DNA from: a virus
Lineage: Duplodnaviria; Caudoviricetes
Strand: one strand, 5' to 3'
Length of the DNA stretch: 64,000 bases
Virus record (IMG/VR): IMGVR_UViG_3300021124_000001
In this document: in pieces, positions 8,647 to 17,739 of the stretch
Layout: each line of letters starts with the position of its first letter
Position numbering within the stretch: the stretch's first letter is position 1
The notes under the pieces: model-generated
The model's input: the letters and a program-made list of their open reading frames with translations, nothing else
Databases searched by the model: none
What the model was told of the DNA's origin: nothing
Position numbers and translations under genes: made by a program

Positions 8647-9225
8647 ATGTTTGTCTTTGATGTTGAAACACTTGGTAAGGAATCTAGTGCAGTGATATTA
8701 TCCATGGCGGCCGTATACTTTGACCCGAGGGAAAAACCATCACCAAAAGATATGCGAGACACCGCATTTTTTGCCAAATTCAATGTCAATGACCAAATTG
8801 CAAGGCTTGGTCGCACCATGACCAGGTCATCCATATCATGGTGGGGTAAACAATGTGACATTGTAAAAAACAAATCATTTAAACCAAGCGCCGATGATAT
8901 TATCATTGATGATGGTGTAGAAGCCATGAGACAATGGTCAAAACAATTTCCAATGCACGACAAATGTTGGGTGTGGGCACGTGGCAACCTCGACCAATTG
9001 GTGCTTGATTCGATTGAAGAAAAACTAGGCATTGAACCTGTGTTTTTCTTTAATCGTTGGCGTGATGTGCGTACCGCATTGGACCTATTGAATGGGTCTG
9101 TGACTGGTTATGTGGATGTGGATTATCCTGGTTTCAATCCTGCACATCATATACAAAAACATGACCCAATTGATGATTGCATTTTTGACGCCATGCAGTT
9201 ACTATACGGAAAGAATGTAGAATGA
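8647..9225 (+). CDS. DEDDh 3'-5' exonuclease (DexA/Rv2179c-like)
   Basis: FDVETLG, WARGNLD, RDVRT and HDPIDDC motifs. Confidence 0.8.
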   Translation: MFVFDVETLGKESSAVILSMAAVYFDPREKPSPKDMRDTAFFAKFNVNDQIARLGRTMTRSSISWWGKQCDIVKNKSFKPSADDIIIDDGVEAMRQWSKQFPMHDKCWVWARGNLDQLVLDSIEEKLGIEPVFFFNRWRDVRTALDLLNGSVTGYVDVDYPGFNPAHHIQKHDPIDDCIFDAMQLLYGKNVE

Positions 9226-9443
9226 ACGAACGAATTGAACAAATTATTGAACAGGCATATTGCGATTTACATAAACAGGATCCAAATAGATTTTTTGGTG
9301 AAAGAACTATTGCTAAAAAAGTAGCCGAGTTGATTGTCCAAGATTGTGCCAATTTTGTGCGTGAAACATATGACCACGAGGCGGCAGAATCTATCGCATG
9401 GACAATGGAGATTAATTATGGTTTACACGGAGATTATGCATGA
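9222..9443 (+). CDS. MNERI family member 2
   Basis: MNERIEQ...KVAELIVQDC. Confidence 0.75.
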   Translation: MNERIEQIIEQAYCDLHKQDPNRFFGERTIAKKVAELIVQDCANFVRETYDHEAAESIAWTMEINYGLHGDYA

Positions 9444-9602
9444 AAACAATTTTTGATAAAGAGTATGATTCGGAATCATTGTGTGATTTGAGCCGAGATG
9501 TCCATGAGGCATTCAACAATGATTTTAATCCAACAGTAGCCGACATACCAAAAGACGAGTATGGCTTCCATGAAGGCCGGTTCATTGTCACAATAAAATG
9601 GG

Positions 9603-9664
9603 TGTTGTAAATTAACAACAAGCATACCAAAAGTCCTTGACGGACCGTCCAGATGTGCTATAAT
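9603..9664 (+). promoter_or_regulatory. Operator-associated promoter
   Basis: TGTTG-N8-CAACA, 16 bp, TTGACG-16-TATAAT. Confidence 0.85.
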
Positions 9665-9692
9665 TGCCACTTATTCGATTGATTAGGACACT

Positions 9693-9941
9693 ATGAGAAC
9701 CAAGCAAATTGTTCAAGGGCTTAAAAATAGCCAGCGTATACGTGCCATTGTGAATGGTGTTGGATTTTATACAACCGTACAAGATGCCCTGGCTGGTCCA
9801 TTTACTACGCAAACCTCGGCAGTTAATGTTGTATTGCATGAGATTGGTTCAAATAAATTAACTGGTTTTGGTCGAACCGTTAAAGTTTATAATAGCTATA
9901 TGGAAGCTGTTAATTTCAACATTCAAATTGATTTGGTTTAA
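9693..9941 (+). CDS. Hypothetical protein
   Basis: AGGA RBS after the promoter. Confidence 0.6.
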   Translation: MRTKQIVQGLKNSQRIRAIVNGVGFYTTVQDALAGPFTTQTSAVNVVLHEIGSNKLTGFGRTVKVYNSYMEAVNFNIQIDLV

Positions 9942-9951
9942 GGAGATAATC

Positions 9952-10404
9952 ATGGGTTTAGATATGTACTTGTCGGCACGTAAATATGTTTCTGATTTTG
10001 GTTTTAAACCAGAAGATACTAAACTAAATGCATCGATTAAAGAATCATTGGGTTTTGGTCCTAATGAATTTGGCCACATTTATGTTGAATTAGAAGTGGC
10101 ATATTGGCGTAAAGCAAACCAGATTCACGCATGGTTTGTGAATAATGTCCAAGATGGTGAAGACGATTGTGGAAATTATTATGTTTCCCGCGAACAAATT
10201 AGTGAATTGGTTAATCTGTGTTCGGAAGCCATTGATAATAAAGACTCCGAATTATTGGAACCAAAAAGTGGTTTCTTTTTTGGTTCGACCGATGTGGATG
10301 AATACTACTGGGACGAATTGAAACGCACCAAAATCGTCCTCAATCAAATTTTGAATGACAAACGACTGGAAGATTGTTCCTTCCAATATCATGCGTCCTG
10401 GTAA
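9952..10404 (+). CDS. Conserved phage protein (MGLDMY...YWRKANQIH...GFFFGST...YHASW type)
   Basis: AAGGAG RBS; recognisable widespread phage hypothetical. Confidence 0.75.
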   Translation: MGLDMYLSARKYVSDFGFKPEDTKLNASIKESLGFGPNEFGHIYVELEVAYWRKANQIHAWFVNNVQDGEDDCGNYYVSREQISELVNLCSEAIDNKDSELLEPKSGFFFGSTDVDEYYWDELKRTKIVLNQILNDKRLEDCSFQYHASW

Positions 10405-10426
10405 TGTTGCATAATAATGATTATAA

Positions 10427-10499
10427 TATAAATAGGTGTGTATCGCGTCCTGGCAGGGACCATACACTCTAGCCATCGAAACAATAATCAAGGACTATT
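10427..10499 (+). promoter_or_regulatory. Late promoter plus two-hairpin leader, copy 2
   Basis: TATAAATA; GUGUAU-CGC-GUCC...GGAC-C-AUACAC-UCUA. Confidence 0.8.
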
Positions 10500-10910
10500 A
10501 TGACCAGCACTAATATGTATATACCCCAGTCGGAATGGGATGCAATGTCCCAAGCATTATCTACCATATTCGATGTAGATTATGTACCAAGTAACACCGA
10601 ACCTTATATTGTAACCCCATTATATTCTAATAATTCTGGACATTTCAATCTAGGCATAAAAAGAACGGCCGAACAAAAAAAAGCTCAAAGTACTAGACAA
10701 ATAGGAATGAGATATTCCCATTTACGCAATGAAAAAATTGGATTTGCAAATTCTAAAAATTGGTTAATCACTGATCCTATCGGTATCACATATAGAGTTT
10801 TTAATTTAAGGCAATTTTGTCGAGAAAAAAACTTAAATCAATCTAGTATGACTATGGTAGCCAAAGGCAAATTTAAACAACACAAGGGTTGGACCTGTCA
10901 GAAAATTTGA
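10500..10910 (+). CDS. Homing-endonuclease-derived DNA-binding protein with no recognisable nuclease domain
   Basis: C-terminus paralogous to 7147..7584 (KQHKGWTCxKI); N-terminal LSTIFDVDYVP module. Confidence 0.7.
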   Translation: MTSTNMYIPQSEWDAMSQALSTIFDVDYVPSNTEPYIVTPLYSNNSGHFNLGIKRTAEQKKAQSTRQIGMRYSHLRNEKIGFANSKNWLITDPIGITYRVFNLRQFCREKNLNQSSMTMVAKGKFKQHKGWTCQKI

Positions 10911-10911
10911 T

Positions 10912-10973
10912 TGTTGTTTTTAAGCAACACCGTCCCGGATTGTCCTTGACTTAGGTGCCGGCCGTGTTACAAT
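10912..10973 (+). promoter_or_regulatory. Operator-associated promoter
   Basis: TGTTG-N8-CAACA, 16 bp, TTGACT-16-TACAAT. Confidence 0.8.
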
Positions 10974-11005
10974 GGACTCTTACTTTGATTGATGAAGGAA
11001 TTTAA

Positions 11006-11869
11006 ATGTCTGGTATTTTTATGGTTGACGGTAAGTATGCGGCTAATATCAACGGCAAGATTGTAAAACGTGCTAATCGCCGTGCATTGGAGCGTATGTT
11101 AAAAGTAACTGATGCCGTTGTTGCACCCACTGAGTCCAAATTCTCTATTAACCAGCGTTTTGGTTTCGTCCGTGATATGGTTCAAATGCTTGCAAAAGGC
11201 GACCAAGCGTCCGTGGTTGTATCGGGACCTGGTGGTCTCGGTAAGTCACACACCGTATCAGCCGCTTTGACCGATGCCGGCTTCACTGATCTGTCCGTGC
11301 TTGACGAATTGGCTGATGGTGCCGTTGTGCCTGATAAATCTTTCCGTGTTGTTAAAGGTTATTCTACACCAAAAGGTTTATATCGTGTTTTGTTTGAGAA
11401 TCGTAATTCGGTTGTTGTATTTGATGACTGTGATTCGGTGCTCAAAGATCCAGTATCTCTTAACCTATTGAAAGCGGCTCTAGATTCATATTCTCGCCGT
11501 ATTATCTCTTGGCGTGCCGATACTCGTGATGAAGAATTGCCTAATGTGTTTGAATTTAAAGGCCGTGTTGTCTTTATCTCTAACCTGTCGTCATCTTCAT
11601 TGGATCAAGCCATTATCTCACGTTCACTAGCCGTTGACTTGTCTATGACTGCCAAACAAAAGGTTGAACGTATGCGATTCCTGCTTGACCAAAAAGACTT
11701 TATGCCTGAGTATGACAAACAACACAAGGTCGATGCAATGGACCTTATTGCTGAGTTATGCGATAATGTGAAAGAGTTGTCTTTGCGTACACTGATTCAG
11801 GTAACAAAGATTCGTAAATCTGCCGGTGCAAACTGGAAAGATTTGGCTGAATATGCTATTGTTGGTTGA
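11006..11869 (+). CDS. AAA+ ATPase
   Basis: Walker A GPGGLGKS, Walker B VVFDDCD, sensor FISN, arginine finger ISRS. Confidence 0.85.
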   Translation: MSGIFMVDGKYAANINGKIVKRANRRALERMLKVTDAVVAPTESKFSINQRFGFVRDMVQMLAKGDQASVVVSGPGGLGKSHTVSAALTDAGFTDLSVLDELADGAVVPDKSFRVVKGYSTPKGLYRVLFENRNSVVVFDDCDSVLKDPVSLNLLKAALDSYSRRIISWRADTRDEELPNVFEFKGRVVFISNLSSSSLDQAIISRSLAVDLSMTAKQKVERMRFLLDQKDFMPEYDKQHKVDAMDLIAELCDNVKELSLRTLIQVTKIRKSAGANWKDLAEYAIVG

Positions 11870-11887
11870 TTTTTTAAAGGATTTATT

Positions 11888-12094
11888 ATGTTTGAACAAA
11901 CTGTAATGCAAAAAATTGGACATTTATTGAAAGAAGGCGAAACTGCTGAATTTCATAATGGTACATTGTTTCTCAATTCAGGCCGACCAACGGCCAATGA
12001 TGTTTATATTGAATTGTGTAACATTTATCGTAAACGATTTATAAATTTCAATATTGTTACTGAAGGTGAATATGCGTTTGACTTTACTGCGTGA
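11888..12094 (+). CDS. Hypothetical protein
   Basis: AAGGA RBS. Confidence 0.6.
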   Translation: MFEQTVMQKIGHLLKEGETAEFHNGTLFLNSGRPTANDVYIELCNIYRKRFINFNIVTEGEYAFDFTA

Positions 12095-12305
12095 GACTAC
12101 AAAGTGGGCCGATGGTTCGGCCACCAACTTCATATATGCCTTTGTGGATAAACCGGGTAAACGGTTAGGTAATGCTGTTGGTTATATCAATCACCTATCT
12201 GATGAGTATAAGGAATTTAGTAAGCCAATGGTGATTGATATGAAGGATAGGACCTTTGTAGAGGTAGGTAATATCAAATTTGAATTGGATACACCTATTC
12301 ATTGA
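12072..12305 (+). CDS. Hypothetical protein
   Basis: AAGGTG RBS before ATG 12072. Confidence 0.55.
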   Translation: MRLTLLRETTKWADGSATNFIYAFVDKPGKRLGNAVGYINHLSDEYKEFSKPMVIDMKDRTFVEVGNIKFELDTPIH

Positions 12306-12320
12306 AAGCGGCACACCGCT

Positions 12321-12349
12321 ATCTTATACACCATTTTTAAAATTGTCAA
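12321..12349 (-). promoter_or_regulatory. Antisense-oriented sigma70 promoter
   Basis: Minus strand TTGACA-17-TAAGAT in the intergenic gap. Confidence 0.55.
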
Positions 12350-12362
12350 GGTAACTTTTGGT

Positions 12363-12587
12363 ATGAATGAAAAAATTCAAAAACTAATGGGTAAGGCTCT
12401 AGATAGCGAAATGCGGCGAACCTGGGATACCATGACTTACGGAGACCTATTACAGTTTAGTGAAAAGTTCGCCGAGTTGATTGTTCGGGAATGTATGTAT
12501 GTAGGTCGCTTATCTCAGATTAACAACGGCCTTGTTGATTCAGATATCAAAGACCATTTTTACGGAGTTGAAGATGAACGAGACTGA
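12363..12587 (+). CDS. MNERI family member 3
   Basis: EKFAELIVREC...HFYGVE. Confidence 0.8.
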   Translation: MNEKIQKLMGKALDSEMRRTWDTMTYGDLLQFSEKFAELIVRECMYVGRLSQINNGLVDSDIKDHFYGVEDERD

Positions 12588-12665
12588 AATTAAATTACTA
12601 ATCGTCGGCACCATTATGCTTGGAGCAGGCATGATGTGGTTGGGCAATATCTTAGGGAGATTAGC

Positions 12666-12911
12666 ATGAGCAAAAGAATGAGAGAACTTGCCGAACAGGC
12701 TGGATTTCAATACATTAAAGATGAAGGCATTGGCTGGGCTGGAAATTACAATGACAGTTTACCCAAGTTCGCCGAGTTGATTGTTCGGGAATGTATCGGA
12801 TGTTGTGAACAAGTTATTAGTGATCCTGTTCCTAACTATATTGACACTTGGTTAAATGGTGGTTCGCAATGTATTGACGAAATTAAACAACATTTCGGAG
12901 TTGAACGATGA
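12666..12911 (+). CDS. MNERI family member 4
   Basis: RELAEQAG...KFAELIVREC...HFGVER. Confidence 0.8.
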   Translation: MSKRMRELAEQAGFQYIKDEGIGWAGNYNDSLPKFAELIVRECIGCCEQVISDPVPNYIDTWLNGGSQCIDEIKQHFGVER

Positions 12912-13135
12912 AAGTCATTATTGAAAAACCGGATGGATCACCATATCTCACAGTAAGTGATGATAGACTAATGGTGTCTGTTCAAATGCACGATTGTGTG
13001 TGGATAGGTGAGCCAGTAAAGATTCACTTTGACCGCAGAACCATACCAGCACTGATTGATGCGTTAAGCAGATTGAATCGTGGCGAACTTGACACAACCA
13101 TTCGCACACACCACTTTAACCAGGATATAGAATGA
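12908..13135 (+). CDS. Hypothetical passenger gene
   Basis: ATGA-coupled at a junction repeat. Confidence 0.6.
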   Translation: MKVIIEKPDGSPYLTVSDDRLMVSVQMHDCVWIGEPVKIHFDRRTIPALIDALSRLNRGELDTTIRTHHFNQDIE

Positions 13136-13368
13136 AAAAGATACCAATGTTAGAACGGTTCGCCGCACAAAGTCTTGTTGAACACGATGGTGAGTTGATA
13201 TTCAGCAAAGAAAAGTTCGCCGAGTTGATTGTGCGTGATACATTAGACCAAGTTGCTGAATTTAGTCGTCTAACAAAGGCATATCAAACACAAGGCATTG
13301 ATCCCGAGATTGATGTTACCCGAGAAGTTTTGAAAAACTATGGGTTTACAAGATTTCCCAGGAGTTGA
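13132..13368 (+). CDS. MNERI family member 5
   Basis: EKFAELIVRD; junction repeat present but read in a shifted frame. Confidence 0.75.
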   Translation: MKKIPMLERFAAQSLVEHDGELIFSKEKFAELIVRDTLDQVAEFSRLTKAYQTQGIDPEIDVTREVLKNYGFTRFPRS

Positions 13369-13371
13369 AGA

Positions 13372-13599
13372 ATGAACGAACGAATTCGAGAACTTGCCGA
13401 ACAGTCCAGAGAAAAGAAATATGATTACGGTGCTAGAGAAGGTGAAAGTCATTACATTTATGTATTCAATGAAGAAAAGTTCGCCGAGTTGATTGTCAAG
13501 GAATGTCAAACTCGTGTAGAACAATATATCTGTGATTGCGGCGAGATTGGTTCATTGCCTGATGCTGTGATTATGAAACATTTCGGAGTTGAAGAATGA
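13372..13599 (+). CDS. MNERI family member 6
   Basis: All three blocks. Confidence 0.8.
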   Translation: MNERIRELAEQSREKKYDYGAREGESHYIYVFNEEKFAELIVKECQTRVEQYICDCGEIGSLPDAVIMKHFGVEE

Positions 13600-13868
13600 T
13601 TGATTACTTCCAAGCACTTAAAGAAATGCACCAGGGCAATGTGGTCAAATATGTGGGCACAGTAAATGGTAATGTGATGAGCGATAATGGTGCCAGTTTT
13701 TGTATGTGTCGTGGTTGTATCTTTCGATTCGACGATGGAGTAATCAAGTGGAACAAGTTGGGATATATGGTTTACGATCCAGACTACCGTTATGAACTAA
13801 CAGGTGAAACTGTGGATCCAAGGGCATGGAAACCAGAAGAGACAAAAAAGCAAAAGGATAAAGAATGA
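13596..13868 (+). CDS. Hypothetical passenger gene
   Basis: ATGA-coupled at a junction repeat. Confidence 0.6.
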   Translation: MIDYFQALKEMHQGNVVKYVGTVNGNVMSDNGASFCMCRGCIFRFDDGVIKWNKLGYMVYDPDYRYELTGETVDPRAWKPEETKKQKDKE

Positions 13869-14269
13869 AAGACGATGATGTAAGAAAAGAGATTAGGCGT
13901 ATAATGGAAAATCGTAAACACTATTCAAACACAAATAACCCTATTGATTTTCCAAAAATACAGGCAGGCGCTGATATCCATGCAGGTGATGGTGGTTATA
14001 GTATAGGCACACAAGAAAAGTATGAGGAGTTCGCTAAGGCTCGCAATAAGTCATTAGCCAACGCAAGAATTAGAGAACTTGCTGAACAGGCTGGATCAAC
14101 CCATAAACAAAATCTCGGAGTATATCAATTTTATACAGATGAATTGGAAAAGTTCGCCGAGTTGATTGTTCAGGAATGTATCGAGGTCGTGGGAGACTGT
14201 TCCGATCAATTTGCTACACGGTCGCAGATTACTGAAGAAATTAAAGAACATTTCGGAGTTGAAGAATGA
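13865..14269 (+). CDS. Fusion of an unrelated N-terminal module to MNERI family member 7
   Basis: Internal NARIRELAEQAG...EKFAELIVQEC...HFGVEE. Confidence 0.8.
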   Translation: MKDDDVRKEIRRIMENRKHYSNTNNPIDFPKIQAGADIHAGDGGYSIGTQEKYEEFAKARNKSLANARIRELAEQAGSTHKQNLGVYQFYTDELEKFAELIVQECIEVVGDCSDQFATRSQITEEIKEHFGVEE

Positions 14270-14673
14270 AATCATATAATGCAGTAAACGATTTACACAT
14301 GGCCATGGCTCACGCTATTTACGAGGGCTTTCCTGAATATGAATACGAAAGCCGTGATTTCAACAACCCGGATAGAAATGCCCGAGTGGTTAAAAAAACA
14401 CGCCACACCGAATACAATCTAACAGTCAAGGCCATGTTTCCTCAAGTCTGGAGTTCAACTGCGCTGGGCTTTGGTGGCATTGGTGGACAGGCTATTACTA
14501 CCGCATATACCACGGTGGTAGAAAGCGACATTGACTCAAGTTGTTGTGTGTATTTTGGTGGACAATTTGCTTACCGTATTGAACGACCTAATACTCAATT
14601 CTTTGAGGACCTGTCCAAACAACAAATGACCAAGGTGTCGGAAGCAAAGAAAAGATATGAACGAACGAATTGA
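14266..14673 (+). CDS. Conserved phage hypothetical protein
   Basis: FPQVWSSTALGFGGIGGQAITTAYT motif; coupled at a junction repeat. Confidence 0.65.
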   Translation: MKSYNAVNDLHMAMAHAIYEGFPEYEYESRDFNNPDRNARVVKKTRHTEYNLTVKAMFPQVWSSTALGFGGIGGQAITTAYTTVVESDIDSSCCVYFGGQFAYRIERPNTQFFEDLSKQQMTKVSEAKKRYERTN

Positions 14674-14950
14674 AAAACTTGTCGAACAGGCTACTATTAA
14701 AACTTCTCATCGGTATATTACTTGGGGAAATACGGTTGCTACTCAGTCCGAAGAAGTCTTTGACAAGGAAAAGTTCGCCGAGTTGATTGTTCGGGAATGT
14801 GCTAAAATTTGTATTGAACAGAATGTATCCAACCTTGATTTAGATGTTATTCGTGAGTCTGGCAAATTTACTTTACAGGATCTTGCTACCAAATCGTGTG
14901 GTGAGAATTTGTCTAAACAGATTAGGAAACATTTCGGAGTTGAAGAATGA
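14657..14950 (+). CDS. MNERI family member 8
   Basis: All three blocks. Confidence 0.8.
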   Translation: MNERIEKLVEQATIKTSHRYITWGNTVATQSEEVFDKEKFAELIVRECAKICIEQNVSNLDLDVIRESGKFTLQDLATKSCGENLSKQIRKHFGVEE

Positions 14951-15038
14951 ACTATTTTATTGTTGGGCTGGTCATTGGACTTATTCCAGGTATGTGTGTA
15001 GCGGCTAATTATCATTACAAAAAATGGAGAAATTCTAA

Positions 15039-15269
15039 ATGAACGAACTAATCAATAACTTAAGGCTTGATGCTGGAATAGCACAACTCAAAGATGATCC
15101 ACGATTAGTGGTAATTGATCGTGAAGGCAATGTGATTGATCCATTGATTGGGTTAGAAAAGTTCGCTGAGTTGCTTGTTCGAGAATGTGCTAATATTGCC
15201 ACGATAAATCAATATCAATCCTACACTCCTGGTCATTATATTTTGAATCATTTCGGAGTTGAAGAATGA
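15039..15269 (+). CDS. MNERI family member 9
   Basis: EKFAELLVREC...HFGVEE. Confidence 0.8.
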   Translation: MNELINNLRLDAGIAQLKDDPRLVVIDREGNVIDPLIGLEKFAELLVRECANIATINQYQSYTPGHYILNHFGVEE

Positions 15270-15391
15270 ACGAAGACGAACGAGCAGGTTGGTGGGCTGT
15301 TGTATGCCTATTGATGGTTGGTGCGGCCGCCTACTTTACGATTTTTATGATCGTTTTCAGTTTGTTAAAACATTTTTTCGGAGTTGAATGA
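15266..15391 (+). CDS. TM microprotein carrying the family termini (MNE...HFFGVE)
   Basis: Manual translation MNEDERAGWWAVVCLLMVGAAAYFTIFMIVFSLLKHFFGVE*. Confidence 0.6.
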   Translation: MNEDERAGWWAVVCLLMVGAAAYFTIFMIVFSLLKHFFGVE

Positions 15392-15537
15392 TGGACGCAT
15401 TTGATTTTATATGGAATGCAGACCAAGAATCCAAAATCAATCAACTTGAAAAACGTATTGAACAGTTGGAAAAACAGAATGAAGTCCTATGTGAATGTAT
15501 TTTATATTTCAAACAAAAATTAGGAGTTGAAGAATGA
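15388..15537 (+). CDS. Coiled-coil microprotein ending GVEE
   Basis: KINQLEKRIEQLEKQNE heptads; ends in a junction repeat. Confidence 0.6.
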   Translation: MMDAFDFIWNADQESKINQLEKRIEQLEKQNEVLCECILYFKQKLGVEE

Positions 15538-16001
15538 AACCTAAATTGTATATGTTAATTGGTGTACCCGGTTCTGGTAAGACCACATGGATTTCCAAAC
15601 AAGAATGGGCCAAAGATTGTTGTATCGTATCAACCGACAAATATGTTGAAGAATATGCCATGATGCAGGGCAAAACATATTCTGAAGTATTCCAAGAGTT
15701 TATGCCCACGGCTGTAGAGTTGATGACTGATAATGTTAGACTCGCAAGGGAAGATAACCAAGATGTTATTTGGGATCAAACCTCAACCACAGTATCAACC
15801 AGACGGAAAAAGTTTGCATTGTTGCCTGACCATTATGCCATTGCAGTAGTATTCCGTACACCGAGCCGTGATGAATTGGATGTCCGACTATCTGGACGCC
15901 CAGGCAAACACATTCCTAAAGAAGTGGTTGATTCTATGATTGCAAAGTGGGAAGAACCAACCGAAGATGAGGGCTTCAGTGAAATTTGGTACGTCAATTA
16001 A
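15534..16001 (+). CDS. P-loop kinase (AAA_33/polynucleotide kinase-like)
   Basis: GVPGSGKTT, STD and IWDQT motifs. Confidence 0.85.
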   Translation: MKPKLYMLIGVPGSGKTTWISKQEWAKDCCIVSTDKYVEEYAMMQGKTYSEVFQEFMPTAVELMTDNVRLAREDNQDVIWDQTSTTVSTRRKKFALLPDHYAIAVVFRTPSRDELDVRLSGRPGKHIPKEVVDSMIAKWEEPTEDEGFSEIWYVN

Positions 16002-16005
16002 GCCC

Positions 16006-16034
16006 TTGACAAATGCCACAAAGTGGTATACAAT
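16006..16034 (+). promoter_or_regulatory. Sigma70-type early promoter
   Basis: TTGACA-17-TACAAT. Confidence 0.75.
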
Positions 16035-16241
16035 GGTCACACAAACTAAGGAGTTCCAATGGGTAAGATGAAAGAAGTTGTTGATAGAATCTTGGACTTG
16101 GTTCAAAATGATTATGATGATGAGGCCATTGCATTGATTGTTGGTGTGGACATCACAATTGTTGAACAAGTCAAACGCAATTCTGGTCTTTATGAAGAAC
16201 CAAAAGACATAATTGAAAAATACTAATTTATGGAAATCGCA

Positions 16242-17381
16242 ATGAACAAAAATCAAAAAGCATTTATCTCTGCATCTGAGCGTAAACATGGCCGTGGTGC
16301 CACATTGACTCGTGACCAGATCAACGACATTGTTGAAGAAACTGGTTTGTCATTCCCATTCTGGTTGACCACAAAGTCTGAATATCGTGCTGGCCGTGGG
16401 CAGTATGAAGTGCCTACATTGGGCAATACACCTGTCGAGGTAGAATCTCCTGAGTTGGCTACTGTTGACCTTGCACAAGTTATGGTTCTGCGCCAGCCTA
16501 AACTGAAAGATGAATCTGATACCTCTATCCCTGAAAAGTACCCTGATTATGTCCCTTTTGGATTTTTTAAAGATTTACGGAACATTGTTAAATCCTCTCT
16601 ATTTTATCCTGTGTTTATTACTGGTCTTTCTGGTAATGGTAAAACCCTCATGGTTGAACAAGTTTGTGCCGAACTCCAAAGAGAGTGCATCCGTGTCAAT
16701 ATTAGTATCGAAACTGACGAAAGCGATTTGTTGGGTGGTCCTACTCTTGTCAATGGCAACGTTGTTAACCGTGATGGTCCTGTCATTATCGCTATGAAGC
16801 GTGGTGCCATTCTATTGATTGACGAAGTTGACCGTGGTTCTAATAAACTAATGTGCTTGCAAGGTATTCTTGAGGGTAAGCCATACTACAACAAGAAATC
16901 TGGTGAGTTGGTGCATCCTGCTCCTGGCTTCAACATCATTGCTACTGCTAACACTAAAGGCCGTGGTTCTGATGAGGGCAAGTATCTATCTCAGATTCTT
17001 GATGATGCATTCTTGGAACGTTTCCCTATTACTGTAGAACAGGAATATCCTGACAGCAGAACAGAGACTAAGATTCTTACACCATTGATTAAGGACGAAG
17101 ACTTTGTTAAGTGCCTTGTTATGTGGGCTGAAGTGGTCCGTAAGTCATTCGATGAAGATGCAACCGATGAAGTTATCTCTACTCGCCGTTTGGTGCATAT
17201 TGCAAAAGCATATGAAATCTTTGGTGAACGTATGAAGGCTATCAAATTGTGTGTGAATCGTTTCGATGAAGAAACCAAGACTGCATTCCTTGACCTGTAT
17301 ACAAAAGTTGATGCAAAGATCAATGCACCTGAAGCGCCTGCTGTTCCAACGCCAAAAGTTGATGAAGAAATTCCATTTTAA
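16242..17381 (+). CDS. MoxR/CobS-like AAA+ ATPase of T4-like phages
   Basis: GLSGNGKT, LLIDEVD, ATANTKGRG, AFLERF and STRRLV motifs. Confidence 0.9.
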   Translation: MNKNQKAFISASERKHGRGATLTRDQINDIVEETGLSFPFWLTTKSEYRAGRGQYEVPTLGNTPVEVESPELATVDLAQVMVLRQPKLKDESDTSIPEKYPDYVPFGFFKDLRNIVKSSLFYPVFITGLSGNGKTLMVEQVCAELQRECIRVNISIETDESDLLGGPTLVNGNVVNRDGPVIIAMKRGAILLIDEVDRGSNKLMCLQGILEGKPYYNKKSGELVHPAPGFNIIATANTKGRGSDEGKYLSQILDDAFLERFPITVEQEYPDSRTETKILTPLIKDEDFVKCLVMWAEVVRKSFDEDATDEVISTRRLVHIAKAYEIFGERMKAIKLCVNRFDEETKTAFLDLYTKVDAKINAPEAPAVPTPKVDEEIPF

Positions 17382-17391
17382 GGAGTGAGTT

Positions 17392-17739
17392 ATGATTAAG
17401 AAAATTCGTACAGGCAAACAAAATCGTCATGAAAAAATTACTGTTGCTTTGTTATCGGGTAAGCCAGTGGCTCCTGATGATATTAAAGCGTTGTTTAAGG
17501 GCACTGACCAAGAAGCCGTGTTGTACCGACTGAGTACAAACATCTATAATATTCGGCGTGATGGTGGTATCATACGTGTTCAAAAAAATGGGCGAGCGGT
17601 ATCATCCTATCAATTGATGAACCCACAAGATTTCAATGCCGATGGCCGTTTTGTTGGTCGTAAATCAGCCGAATCAGTAAATAAAACTGTTGAAGTTAAT
17701 CCAACAGAAATCATTGTAGATGAATTGGAAACAGTATGA
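17392..17739 (+). CDS. Putative winged-helix DNA-binding protein
   Basis: LSTNIYNIRRDGG..IRVQKNGRAVSSYQL resembles a recognition helix plus wing. Confidence 0.5.
   Translation: MIKKIRTGKQNRHEKITVALLSGKPVAPDDIKALFKGTDQEAVLYRLSTNIYNIRRDGGIIRVQKNGRAVSSYQLMNPQDFNADGRFVGRKSAESVNKTVEVNPTEIIVDELETV

Noticed and set aside
10540-10560. Twister-like GTCCCAAGC
   Set aside because: Inside a coding region, and I could not find the supporting stems or pseudoknots
12460-15540. CRISPR array suggested by recurring 20-21 bp repeats
   Set aside because: Spacing is irregular, three different repeats alternate, all are in-frame coding or gene junctions, and there is no cas operon
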